Assembly (NCBI RefSeq): GCF_000181795.1
Contig: NW_003526943.1
Location: forward strand, 9,222,849 to 9,286,848
Length of the DNA stretch: 64,000 bases
Origin: Trichinella spiralis
Lineage: Eukaryota
Direction of reading: 5' to 3'
In this document: positions 12,520 to 25,428 of the stretch, in pieces
How the letters are laid out: each line of letters opens with the position of its first letter
How positions within the stretch are numbered: position 1 is the first letter of the stretch
Position numbers and translations under genes: made by a program
The notes under the pieces: model-generated
Databases searched by the model: none
What the model saw: the letters and a program-made list of their open reading frames with translations, nothing else
Told to the model about the DNA's origin: nothing

Positions 12520-15500
12520 ATGATCGGTAGTTTGCCGTCACTACGTCGTCATGTTAAAAATGTGGCTTGCAATTATTCGGACGCTCAAGTCAAAGTAAGC
12601 ATATTTTGATTGTTGAGTACAATTTGGAATTAATTTCTGAATAATTTTTTTTAATATTTGCTCATTTCAGGTGCGCGAAGCGACCAGCAACGATCCGTGG
12701 GGACCGTCGAGCAGTTTGATGTCGGAAATTGCAGACATGACGTTCAACGCGATGGCGTTTTCTGAAATAATGCAAATGATCTGGAAAAGACTGAACGACC
12801 ACGGCAAGAACTGGCGCCATGTTTACAAGAGTCTGGTTTTGCTCGACTATTTGATCAAGCTCGGGTCTGAAAAAGTCGCTCAACAATGCCGCGAGAACAT
12901 TTATGCCATTCAAACGTTGAAGGTCGGTTGAAGTGAATTGAAAAAAAAAATTTTTTTACATGTTGTTCTAATCGTGTTGTTGTTTTTCTTTTTCTTTTTG
13001 AAGGATTTTCAATATGTTGAAGATAACAAAGATCAAGGGATCAACGTTCGGGAAAAGGCGAAACAGCTTGTTTCATTGCTTAAAGACGAAGAGAGGCTGA
13101 AAAACGAACGCACCCGTGCACAAATAGCCCGGAAGCGATTCACCCAGAACGGCATGGGTATCAGTTGCGATGGATCGGTGAGTTTGTTTGTTTGTTTATT
13201 TATTTGTTTCTTTTCTCTTTCTCTTTTCCCTTGAAACAATTTTCTTCCTTCTTACTTGTGATGTAATTGTCGCGCTATTTTTCTCACCCCCTGGCTACGA
13301 TTTTGATGCGTACGATACAAGTGCCAGTCACTGTCGGGTCAGCAAGCTTTTGGAAATGGAGCAGGTCGATTTTCGGATCCACTCCTTTTCTGTGGCACCG
13401 GTTTTTCCCACGTCATTCATTAATCGCTCGATCATTAAGCCTTGTCAATATGTTTTCCTTGTTGTTGTTGTTGTTGATTGAACATAATTTTTTTTAATTA
13501 CAATTTTAATTTGAATTCTTTTCCAGACTCATGCCAGTCGTCATTTGGATTCAGGTTTACGCGGTGAGGAAAATGTTTTTTTTTGTTTCAAATTAATTAG
13601 AAAGTATAAAATGATAATTGATTTTTCAGGCGATTCGCATCTGGAAGAGTGTCGACCGTCGTCGTTGGGTGAAGAAGAATTGCAACTGCGAATTGCTTTG
13701 GCAATAAGCAAAGAAGAAGCACAAAAAGAGGAAAACGCCCGAAGAGACGACGATGCGCGTTTTCAGCTTGCTTTGAAGCAAAGCCAAGCGGACGCGAACA
13801 GAGATTGCCACTCCTCCAACCAGCAACAACAACAACAACAACCGGTAAGCAGTATAGTGGGATCTGTGTTTACGGATCTAGTATGCAACTAGCGTAAATT
13901 ATGATTATTTCTGAGCTTGCTTCAATTTTCTGTTTTCTTCTGCACAATTTCATCAAACCGGACCAAAATGTGCAAACTGAAAATTAATATCATCCGTGGT
14001 GTAATTTTTTTTTAATTTATCAAATTGCATCGTCACGTTTTCACTAGCAATTATCATCGAGCACTGCTATTCTTTTTGTTGCATGTTTTGTTGTTGTTTT
14101 TTTAATATTATTATTATTATTTTGCTGACGTAATGATTATTTAACCTTTATTGCGTTAGCATTTGTCGCTAATTGAAGAGGAAAAAGTCAGCCGTCAAGC
14201 TCTGAACAAATTTTTTTTGTTTATTATCACAGCATGTAATTTCTTCTCTTTTTATATCAGTATTTCAAATGAAGTCATTTGAATTTTTAAGTTTAAATTG
14301 TTGTTCAGCAGTTACGAAATGATTCTCTTTTAATGTTCATTAATTTTCTTTTTCGAAGGAAGTATAAAATAAATAATAGTATAGTTGAATACAATTTATT
14401 CCATCGTTTAAATGTTGACTTACGTTCAGAATATTCTTACATCTGTCTCTTCACATATGTCTTCTGTATCTATAGAAATGTTTAAATTTAGATTTTACTT
14501 TTGTACTGCTTGAATAGATTGTAGCTCAAAACTCACTTTTGTGCCCAAATGAACGCAAATATATTCGCATTGTATTTTCATATTCAAACATTCGAATTTC
14601 ATTTACTCTAAGAATGCGAATTTATTTTCAAGAATCATTCTGGTGGTTTCAATGAAATTGCTTTTAGTTTGCGCGCGTTTATGTTTATTTGCTTGTTTTA
14701 CACTCGATGATCTCAACGAACATTTTTCAATATTTTGTATTCATTGCATGGCACTTTATAGTACAGGAAATGATGTAATTTGAACACTACGTTTATATTA
14801 CAAGAGAATATTCGTAAAATATGTATTTTTTAAACAATGTGAAAAACAAGCTTTTGATATTAAATGTGTAAGTAAACTGAGAATGTACAAAATATGTGGT
14901 CGTTCGTAAATGGTGAAACATTATCACAGTTTAAAATTTCATTTTATTTTTGACTTATCTGCAAATGGCCGTTTTAGCATTCATCATTTTCACTTTGATT
15001 GCAATTTTTTAAATTTTTATTTATTCATTTATTTATATAAATCAAGAGGCATTTTATAAATTTATTTGAATTATTTTTTATGTAACTTTTTTTTCTTTAA
15101 TTTGGAATTTCAGAAAATTTCGTGACAGTTTTCATTTATATATATTTATCCTGTTTTATAGCAAAATCTTGTATTACTTTTGAAGTGTCATATTTCGGTA
15201 AAAATTTGTTTTACACGAAATGCTATTATATATATTCGTAGAATTCAAAAAATTTTATTCAGATAAAAATTGTTGCTATACAGCAGCATGTCTTCACATT
15301 CATTCACTCGCATGCTGTTATTGATGTTCAATTTTTAATTTACAATTTGTTATTAATTATTTTTTTAATATTAATTTTTTTACCATTACATATTCATCAT
15401 CATCATATTCATGTGAATTGTTTAGAGCCAGTTGGATGATCTACTAATTTGGCAACAAGGTTCATCGACTGACATGTGGTCAACAGCAGATACGCCATCG

Positions 15501-16656
15501 AAGAAAGATCCATGGCAAGCGAGTTCATCTTCAGATGCTTGGCGACAGGCTCAAGTTGTACCAGGGAAGGCAGCATCTGATCCTTGGGGTGCAAATCAAC
15601 CAGTCAAATCAGATCCTCTTGTGGATTTGATTACTCCAGCGGTGTCTGATCCGTGGTCTAAATCAGCAGACGTTGGTTCGATTGGTACTAAATCTTTTGC
15701 ATATTAATCTTTTTTAAATGTTGCTTTGAAAAGAAATTTGAATGTTGTGTTTTTATTATTTTTAGCGCAAAATGATCCTTGGGCACCTCTTGATCAAGGT
15801 GTCAGTCAACCAACGGTATCCGGTGGTTTGATGAACAATAATTCGTCACGGCTTATCGATGTTGCGCAGCATTCAGTGAACAAGACCAATTCTGATTTTT
15901 TTGGTTCGTTGTTTTTATTGCAAGCGTTTTTTAAAGATTTTGAATTTATGAAATATTCCTTTTTTTCAGAAAGTATTCTCCAACCGACGCCTGCTGCGGG
16001 AGCATCCGCTATGCCCAACGGGAATACGTCAACAGGAAATAATGTTCTTGGTGTCAATACCAGTGGCACTAATAATGATTCATCGAATTCAAAACGCACG
16101 TTAAGAACACCAGAAAGCTTTTTAGGCGAAAACTCTAGCTTGGTTAATTTGGATAATCTTATTGGTCCAGCTAAACCACAAGTGCCTGGCATGCCTCCAT
16201 CAGGTTTGGCGTTTGATTTTTTTTTCAAATTTTATGAATTAAAGAAGTCTTTATTTTTCAAACATAGTTGAAATAAGTTTGACATTATTGCTTGTAATTT
16301 ACCCACTTCCCATAGGATAGGACTGTAATTGACCATTATTTCACTACTGTGAAAAAATGTCTGGCATGCTGCTGTTGAAATGACAGTTTCTTTTCTTAAT
16401 AATTCTGCTTTTTCTTATCATATGAGTCAGCTTTTTTGGAAATGAAATTTGTATTTCAGCTACAAGCAACCCATTTTTGTCCGGAGCGTCGAACAATCCA
16501 TTCATGGCTCAGCAACGACCGGTACCAACGTTGAACGACATGCGATCGGCAAGCTCTATGGCTAATCCTGTTACCGCGCAGGGGCAGAGCGGCAGTTGGG
16601 CGTTGCCTCAACCGTTGCAGCCACAGCGGCCCTCGAGCACAAATCCTTTTCTCTGA
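12520..16656 (+). CDS. epn-1: Epsin (ENTH domain, UIMs, DPW and NPF motifs; multi-exon)
   Basis: LRRHVKNVACNYSDAQVK|VREATSNDPWGPSS...KNWRHVYKSLVLLDYL (ENTH), EEELQLRIALAISKEE (UIM), several DPW repeats, clathrin-box-like LVDL/LVNLDNL, and C-terminal NPF motifs ending STNPFL* at 16654-16656. Confidence 0.93.
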
Positions 16657-18230
16657 AAATCTTTCTTTCTTTGCTTGTTTGTTTTCCCTTTCTATTTCTC
16701 TGCTCCTGTGTAATATTATATGTGTGCATGTTTAATTCAGCATCAGTTTCATCGCAAGGCTTGGCTAATAATAATATTCATCCAACACTTTTAAGCCGTT
16801 GAACTTATCCGTCTATCTATTATTTTCAGTATTGCTTCAAAAATCTGTTATTCTTTCTTCCTTTCTTTAATTTTTTTCCTAGTGAGATTGCCTTTGATTC
16901 TGTGCAGATGTTTGTTAATTTTTTTAAACTATGCTTTTTTAGCTTATTTTGAATTTTTTTACTAACAAAGTTAGGTGAATTTGCTTGCTTGATTTTTTTT
17001 AAATTTGAGCGTTTCACTTCTGAGATAAATTTGAAACTGTTGGAATATGGCTTTTTACGCGTTTAATTCTTTTTCTTTCTTTCTTTGCCGCATCCCTTTA
17101 CATGTATAGGTGTACAGATTTTATATATATATAAAGAAAGAAAGAGAGAGTATAAGTACCTTTGATTGTATGTTTTTTTTGCTATTGGGGCCCATTTAAA
17201 CACGGCCATATTGATTTTGCTTCCATAATTTATATTTTTTATTTCGCCTTTGCTTCCCTTAAATTTCGAATAACCGCGCTTTTACGTTTTAATCAGCTGA
17301 AGTGCAGGAAAACAATTTTTTCTCTAATTTTGGTCATTGAATTTATTGCTGTAGTTTCCAGTGAAATGATGATGATGATCATAATAAATTGTTTGACCGA
17401 ATGACTAATTTCATTTGTGCTTCTGCTGATTTTAATCGAGCTGATGGCGACAGTGTATTTATTTTTCTTATCAGTATGATTGATGATTTGATAATGATTG
17501 TTTCACAGTAGCAGCGTTTGTTTGCGATGACTGATCATTACCAGTGTATGTTGTTTACCATTGGCGCTTAAACACAAGGGCAGCATTGATACATACCGTC
17601 GACGTCAGCTTCTTGCCAAGCCAAGTGTACAGCAATACAGAACAATAGAAGCTGCTGCAGCTGCTGCTGCTGATGGTCAATTTTTAACATTCTTATCAAG
17701 TAAGTAAGTGATCGCATTTTTGTTCACATTCACTGTTTAATCAGCTGATTAAGAGCATTGAGAAAATTCTAATTATTTTTTTTAAATCCTTCCAAACTCT
17801 CATTTAGAGATATATTTATTGTTTGTAAAATTGATGAATTGACGAGAATGCGATCAATTTGCCAATAGAGCTTATTAAGTGAAGGTCGATTTCAATTGAT
17901 GCAGTGCGTGTGTGATCAACACGCAGTGACGTAGATGTGCATTAGTTAGTTTCATTTTTTCTTCTCACTACTAATAAATTTTTTATGGTAGATTCACGTG
18001 AGACATTTGATTTGACAATATTTCAAGATTTGTAGGAAGAAAAATAGCTAATCATTTTTGTTATTAGTCGAAAATTTTGTATTTTCTGTTGTTGTGGATG
18101 AATTTATTGATTTTCTTAGTCATCTTTTGTGTAGTCAAATTACCGAATGATGAATGCGAATATTGAAAGTGATTAAGCGAGCATGCTTTTATTTTTTGAA
18201 TTTATCAAATTCTGTTCTATTCAGACAGCT

Positions 18231-21028
18231 ATGGTGCGTGTGAATTATTATTTTTGTGGCTGTTGTGCAACGTGCCAGCCGCGATACAGACGCCTGGTCG
18301 ATTCGATATATCCGTCGACCGCGGAAAATGGTCTGGTCAAGTCGAACATGCAGAAATTGACCTTCTACGCGATATCCCACCCGGAGAAGTTGGACCGCAT
18401 CGGCGGCTATTTGGCCCACTGCTTGGGACGGGATATTTACCGCCAGCGTATCGGGTATGTGAAAGTGGCGGTCGAGGCGATGAGTCAGCTGTTGTTCGCT
18501 TGTCACGGCTCGCCGAGCTTGAACCTCTACGTGGAGAGCTATTTGAAAATGGTCCACCGCCTGTTGGAGACCCAGCTGCCGGCGTTGGAACTGCTGGCCA
18601 CGGAAAGTTTTGTCAGCTTTTGCAATATCGAAGAGGACGCGCCCAGCTATTACAGGCGTTATGATTTTTTCATCAGCAAATTCAGCGCGCTGTGTCACAG
18701 CAACGCGGCCGACTTGAAGTGCCGTCGTCAGTTGCGTTCTGCCGGTATTCGGGTAAAGTTTAGTTGCATTCCATTCCATTCCATTCCATTGGTTATTATT
18801 AATTTTTTTGTGATGTGTTTTTTTCAACGTGCAGGGTCTGCGCGGGGTGGTGCGTAAAACGGCCAGCGATGATTTGCAGGCGAATATTTGGGACAAGCAG
18901 CATATGGATAAAATTGTACCGTCGCTGTTGTACAATATGCACGATGTGGATATGGTCGATGATCCGGGCAAAAAGGCGCCGGATTTGTTGACCAATGAAG
19001 GCACCAGTGGTGGTGGAAATGAGCCGGCGTCCCAGGAAGATTTGGAAGAGACGCCGTGCTATTTGGCGGATTCGTGTTTGCGCGAGTTGATGGGCAAAGC
19101 GTCGTTTGGCAACATCAAGTACGTCGTTCAGCCGACGCTGAACCATTTCGACTACCACGAGATGTGGACGCCGCCCTCGTTTGCGGTCAGCTGCTTCGAA
19201 GCGCTGATGTACAGCGTCCAAGCCCAGTACAGCTATTTGGTCATTCAGGCGGTCATTGGCCATTTGGACAAGCACAGCAACGACACCGCCGAGGTGCGAA
19301 CCGGCATCGCTACTGTGCTTTCGAGAATTGTGGTGATCGCGGCCAACGCCAGCATCGGTCCCAGTCTTTTGGAAATATTCAACAGCATGCTGCGCCATTT
19401 GCGCCAGTCGGTCGATTTTCAATCCCACCACCCGACCAGGCGGACTGCGAAATCCGAGGAAGAGTTGGTGGAGCCGGCGCCCGGTGACCGAGAACGCGCC
19501 TACCAAGATTTGCTGATCAACACGATGGGCAATTTTGCCAACAATCTGCCCGACTACCAGAAAGTGGAAATTATGGTATTCATCATCAGCAAAGTTCCGC
19601 TGGAGACAAGCGACCGCTTGGCCGACACCTTTCTGCAGCACGTGCTCACGCGGACCTTGTTGCAAGTGGCTACCAAGTACAAGACTGGCCATCTGGCGAC
19701 CGTGCTGACCAGCACGTTCTTGGAACCGTTGCTCAAATTGGCCCTGGTCGACGACAGCGGCGTGCGTTTGCTGGTGCAGCGGATTCTGCACACGCTGCTC
19801 GACCGTCACGGCAATTTGGAAACGTTGCACCAGTTCGCCGGAGTGGTCCCGTTGGCTGCGTTGAAAAAGGCCCAGTTCAACGTGGAAAAATGCACCCGAG
19901 GCGATGCCACGTTTGTCCAACGCTGCGGCAGAAGCCTGATTTCGATGCTATACAAGGCGGCTCTGATGAAGCACAACACGGCCCAGAATTTCGACGCCAT
20001 CTTCTTCACCATGGTGTTGTTGTTTCTGGAAGTCGGCTGCGAGATGGTCGTTGTTGATCTGTTTCGTCTGGTGCTCGCCTGGCAAGATTTGCTGATGACC
20101 GTCGACGTTGGCCACCAAGATGATGATGATGATGGGAATGATGTGTTGCGCAATGATCACTGTTTCGAAGGGCAGAAGGTGGTGATTATTGGTATTGAAA
20201 TCAATTGAATATTTAATGAAATTTTATTATTCAGACACAATTTGAATACATGATTTCCAAGTACGTGTTTTTGGTATCCGAGTTGATGGCCATGCCGGCG
20301 TTGAGTCAACATGCCGAGAGGTTTCTTGTCCAATGTGAACAGAGGAAGCTGTTCGAACAGACTGATGACAGAATTCCATTGTCAGTAGAAGAGAACGGAA
20401 CCGTTTCAGTAGATGCTGATTCAGCTGATTTGGTGCCGCATGTTGATGTTGAACACGGTTCTCTTGTGGAAAAGCAGACTTTGCTGGACGCGTTGAAGTT
20501 GCGCGATTACGACACTACAAGATTGAATCGTGCATTTTCTTTCAATTTTATTAATGTCCAATCGTCAGTTTTTGGTACAATTAATTAATTAATTAATTAA
20601 TTATCTGTATATTTATTTGTTCAATTTTTTAAGGTTCAGATTCGATGGATGGACGAAGTATGTCAATGGAAAGTGACAGTGGCGAATCGTCGGACAGTGT
20701 GAAATTGCGTCGTTTGTCTCGGAAATTGGAACCGGTGCTTGTGCACAACGGGGTTCCATTCCCGCCCACAGTAGATGGTCTGCGGCAAGTGTTGAACCAG
20801 CCGACTGAGTATTGGCTCAAGCAAGAAGAGGAGCGTTGCAAGCAAACTATCGAAATGTTTCAGAAATTACCATTTAATGAACTGGTTGAAATGCAGCAAC
20901 GCAATTCTTCCAACTTGAACAGAACAGTGGAACGGCTCTTGGCTAATGTCGATCAACAGGACGAATCCAAAAGGACAAGCACACCTAAAACGGCACGGTC
21001 GAAATTTCCCGAACTGTTTGTTTATTAA
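18231..21028 (+). CDS. EFR3: EFR3 (PI4KIIIalpha plasma-membrane anchor; 4 exons)
   Basis: N-terminal Cys cluster CGCC...PRYRRLVDSIYP, KLTFYAISHPEKLDRIG, GLRGVVRKT..DDLQANIW, and the terminal FPELFVY* typical of EFR3/cmp44E. Introns at ~18753-18834, 20180-20234 and ~20575-20633. Confidence 0.93.
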
Positions 21029-21534
21029 TTTATTAGTACAATTATTATTATTATTATTATTGTTGTTGTTGTTGTTATTCTTGTTTGATACTGCTGTTGC
21101 TCTCGTTGCTGTTGTTTTTGCTTTTTTTTCGTTTAGACGTTGGATAACTGTTGTGGTGAATGCAAAATATCCACCCTGTCGTTGCATCGTTATGTGATAG
21201 CATTGTACACGTTGTGCGCTTAATGCATAGAAAAATATGTTGAAAAAAGTAAATGGATATTGGTTTTTGCTAAATTCATTTCAACTTACGTATTATAGCG
21301 CAAAAGTCAACACTGAACAGAAGATCGATCAATCAGTGTTAATTGTACCTTTGTTAATTTAAGTTTATTTAATAATTATATGCATTTTTTGCAAATTATA
21401 ATTTCATAAATTAAAAAAAAACTTGACAAGAAGAGAACTGAACTGAGAGGATGTTGTTACAAACTAAACAAATCAATTGTAACTATTTACCTGCCAATAT
21501 CAAGCTAGAATTGTGGAAACAAAATCCCCAAAAC

Positions 21535-21772
21535 TCTAAATCCTATTTTTGGATTCTGCTGTGTATGTATATGGTAGATCTGCAAGTTCAGTATAAGGTT
21601 GTTTCCATCTATGAGGTTCCATACCATAACAGTCACGATAACGATTTGTCATAAAGGTAGTTTGCTATGTCCGAGTCGTACATGATACTATTTTACCGCT
21701 AGGCACCACGAAAACAAGTTCATTATAAAGATAGCTCTCTGTAATCGTGTTCGTTATAAACAGATTCCACTG
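21535..21772. mobile_element. pogo/Tigger-like MITE fragment
   Basis: 21541-21648 aligns with 35310-35415 (GATCTGCA.GTTC...AAGGTTGTTTCC...TATGAGGTTCCA...CATAACAGT). It ends in CCACTG followed by TA. Confidence 0.55.
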
Positions 21773-22179
21773 TATATTGATAATAAAATTTTTTTTGTGC
21801 TGTGCTCATTATTAACATGCACAACTGAGGCGAGTGAACTTGTACAGACGTAGTTGGAGGATGATGTGTTGAGCAATGTTGCAGCAGCTAATCTGATGCT
21901 AGTGAAAATTGAACGTCGTCGTCGTCAGCTTTTACGATCTGTCTCAACGCAAAACTGTTTTCAGCATTTAATTCTTTTTCCAAAAAACGGTTCACAGATT
22001 TTAAAAACTATCTCTAAACTTTGTGGCTTTTTGGAAAGGCGCTTGGAACAAGCGAGATGTTCGATTAGAATGGAATGGCGTTGTTGCAAAAGTCAGAGAT
22101 GAGGAAAATTCAGTAGTGAGGACAGTTAGCAGCAATGGCCATGCGAATCCGGTGGGCGGTGACAACGTGACGTTGCAAT

Positions 22180-22443
22180 GTTCAGAACGTAGGTACGAGT
22201 TGCAGGATGCGGACAGCTTGTGGAATCACATCAGGTCGGGATATTTGTTCAAAAAGGAATACTGTTGTCGAATCTGCTTGGCCATATTTGCTAAGCTCGT
22301 GCGCTTGGAGCGCGCATGCTCGGGTGCACGGCATCAACTGCTCGTTTGTATGCTTGGAATGCGGCAAAGAGCTGGGCAGAGCCGAAAAGCGTGGATGTCA
22401 CTTGCTCATCCACTACGCAGACCGTTGCCACACGCCGGCTTGA
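22180..22443 (+). pseudogene. Frameshifted two-finger C2H2 zinc-finger sequence
   Basis: One frame gives EYCCRICLAIFAKLVRLE and the next gives AHARVHGINCSFVCLECGKELGRAEKRGCHLLIH. Joining them at the GAGCGCGCAT run (~22308-22317) restores two CxxC...HxxxH fingers. Confidence 0.55.
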
Positions 22444-22592
22444 ATTTGTCCGGTGTGTTTGAAATATTACAACGACCGCACTGGTTGGTTCTGGTGCACT
22501 GTTAAGTTAAAGTAACTGTTAAACGAAGTCCATTATGAAATTCACGCAAACATTGTTCGAAGCAACGAAAACTACGTAATATAAACCACTGA

Positions 22593-22903
22593 TGTAAGCC
22601 AGGGCGGACCGACTATTTCTGGGAAGCAGTAGTACAACAGCCAGAGAGTAACATTGAATGGAAAATCAAATGAGAAGCAGTAGTGTAGGAAAAGGAGGTA
22701 AAAAACGAAGCTCGAGGTGCGGAACAGTAGTAGTTGTATTGAATTTGGCCTAGCTCGCCTTGTCTGCGATACGCGTGCTTATTCTGATGTAGCGAACAAT
22801 AAACTGTGCAGAGTATCAATATTTTTTATAGCTGATGATAAGCGTAAAGCGGCCGCGAACACCACTACACTCGCATAATATTGCTCAGTTAATTTCACTT
22901 ACA
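22593..22903 (+). mobile_element. Possible solo LTR
   Basis: TGTAAG...CTTACA perfect 6-bp inverted termini, internal AATAAA (~22798) and repeated CAGTAGT motifs. No TSD is visible. Confidence 0.3.
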
Positions 22904-23423
22904 CGGTTATTCATTTGATGTTTTTCTTAAACATTTTAAAAATTATTATTGTTTTTTTTTCAAAAAAAAACAAAAATACAAATTCAAATAAATACGAATA
23001 TTACATTTGCTAAAGAGATAAATACTGTACATTAGCCTAGCTTGCGCATCTTTTCATGAATACTGTATCAGTGTTGTTGTTGTTCACGTTTATAGCTTAA
23101 AAAGAATATTTTAGCTTTAGGTATACATTTCCGTTTTCTTTTGTATTCTTATTATGAAATAGATGTAAAATTTTTATAATTCATTTTTTAACATTATACT
23201 TTATTTTATTTATAATACACTTTTTTCATAAAGGATGTTATAATTTTTGAATTTTAATGGAGAAATGGTATATTTTTTAATTTGCATGCATACACGTACA
23301 TTTATGCATAAATTGAAGTACATGGTAAAAAATTTTTAATTACTTGTTTTTGATATTGTCTGCAAGCATCAAATAGTGTTGTATTTTAAGCTTTGTTTCA
23401 CTAATGTTGAATTGAATTGAAAC

Positions 23424-24864
23424 ATGGCAACTGTGGATAAAACCAAGAAGCACGCCAGGTGGTACTTTGGTGGTTTGGGTTCTGCTGGTGCCGCATGCTG
23501 TACTCATCCGTTGGACTTGTTGAAGGTGCATTTACAAACACAGCAAGAAGGAAAAATTGGTCTGATTCGGATGGGCATTAAAGTGTTCAAAACGGATGGC
23601 ATCATGGGTTTGTACAATGGGTTGTCGGCAAGTCTTTTACGTCAAGTATTATTTCTTTTCTTTTTGTTTGGTTTTTCTTTCAAGAGCAACTTTTTGTGGT
23701 TTTTGTTGATTATTTTAAGCTTACCTACTCTTTGACTCGTTTCGGTATGTACGAAGCAATAAAGGACAGTTTACCCAAAGGTAATGTTGCATGCATGCAT
23801 ATATATATGCGAATATTACAATCTGTAGTGTTTTTCTGTTTTATACAGATAAAGGCCCAGCTCCATTTTACCAAAAAGTGGCGATAGCAGCTATTTCGGG
23901 GGGATGTGGAGGTCTGGTTGGTACTCCTGGGGATATGGTCAATGTTCGTATGCAAAATGACATGAAGCTACCGGCTGACAAACGTCGAAAGTACTTTTGT
24001 CCTCTAAAATATTTCAAATCATAACATGTTTACTACAATGCAAGGTTTTAGCTACAAAAATGCTTTGGATGGTGTTTATCGAGTCGCTCGGGAAGAAGGT
24101 GTGACGCGTCTATTTTCCGGTGCGACAACCGCCACGGCTAGGGCAGTTTTTATGACCATTGGACAAGTAAAACATGTTTATGTTTTTTTGCATAATAATA
24201 TATACTGTAGGCTGAATTTGAAAGTCATGTTCATTGATTTGTTCAATAAATAATAATAATTATTATTTATTGGGTAAAATTTAGTTTTCGTTTTTTACTT
24301 CATATTTTAACGTGGAAATTGTTTATTGAAAAAAAAAGTTTTGCTGTTCCGAAATAATTTTCAATATTTTTAGTTGGCATTTTATGATCAGTTCAAACAA
24401 ATACTTTTGACTACCAGCTTCTTTAAAGACAATTTGATCACCCACTTCAGTGCTAGTCTTTCAGCTGTAAGGTTTTCAGTTTTTATTTACTCATATGTTA
24501 ATGTTTAGCTGAAATCAGTAATTAATTATTCAGGCTGGCGTGGCGACAGTAATAACTCAACCGTTGGACGTGCTGAAAACGCGAATGATGAACGCCAAGC
24601 CGGGTGAATTCAAAGGAGTTATCGATTGCTTCCTGTACACTGCCAGAGTTGGACCCGCTGGATTCTTCAAGGTTCCTTTTTTTTTAATTCAAGTTAGCTT
24701 TTCTTCTCTACTCTTATTAAAGTTGATTGTGTTTTCAGGGATTCATACCAGCTTTCATTCGTTTAGCTCCTCAAACAATTTTGACATTCATTTTCTTCGA
24801 ACAGTTGCGTATCAATTTCGGGTACTTCCCCCCCAAAGAGATTTCTGAATTTTCTGAGAAATAA
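23424..24864 (+). CDS. SLC25A10: Mitochondrial dicarboxylate carrier (7 exons)
   Basis: RWYFGGLGSAGAACCTHPLDLLKVHLQTQ, GLSASLLRQ|LTYSLTRFG, GTPGDMVNVRMQND, TQPLDVLKTRMMN, and GFIPAFIRLAPQTILTFIFFEQLR. Stop TAA at 24862-24864. Confidence 0.95.
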
Positions 24865-25428
24865 TTTTAGCAACTCGCGTGAAAAAGCATAGAATAATTT
24901 CAATAAGTGTCATAATTGTAATTTCATTAGCTCGTTCAGTTGTCTGCGATCGAAGATGCATGTTGTTAGTGTTCTACTTTGTTAAGTTTTAATTAATTAG
25001 TATGCATGAAAGTATTTATTTTGTTTTTGAAGAAATAATGTTTAACTTGAAGTAAATAACGGTTGCTAAGGTTGGATTAAAACATTTCTTTTCTGAACAC
25101 TACTGATCTATCAACGACAGACAAATTTAAACCGTTCTTAAACAAAGAGAATAAAATGAACAAAACATGAAGACTAATTTATTTCACCGAAGCACAACTA
25201 ATTTTCTAACAACATAATGATGCAATTATTGCCACACCACAATAAATGTAAATTAAATGAGCGCATTGCCTTCAGTATAAATACAAACGAAACATTTTTA
25301 AAAAGTGTATTTTGTTCTGAAGTACAAAAATGTTTTTCATGCATAAAGGTTTACAAAATGCAATAAATAAAGTTGAATGAAAAAAAATCACCTCTTAAGT
25401 TGAACAGTAATATCTTGTTATCATCAAT

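Noticed and set aside
18189..19920. Long antisense ORFs (271 and 373 aa) over EFR3, and a 241-aa ORF over bestrophin
   Set aside because: These are shadow frames of GC-rich coding exons with no recognisable motifs.
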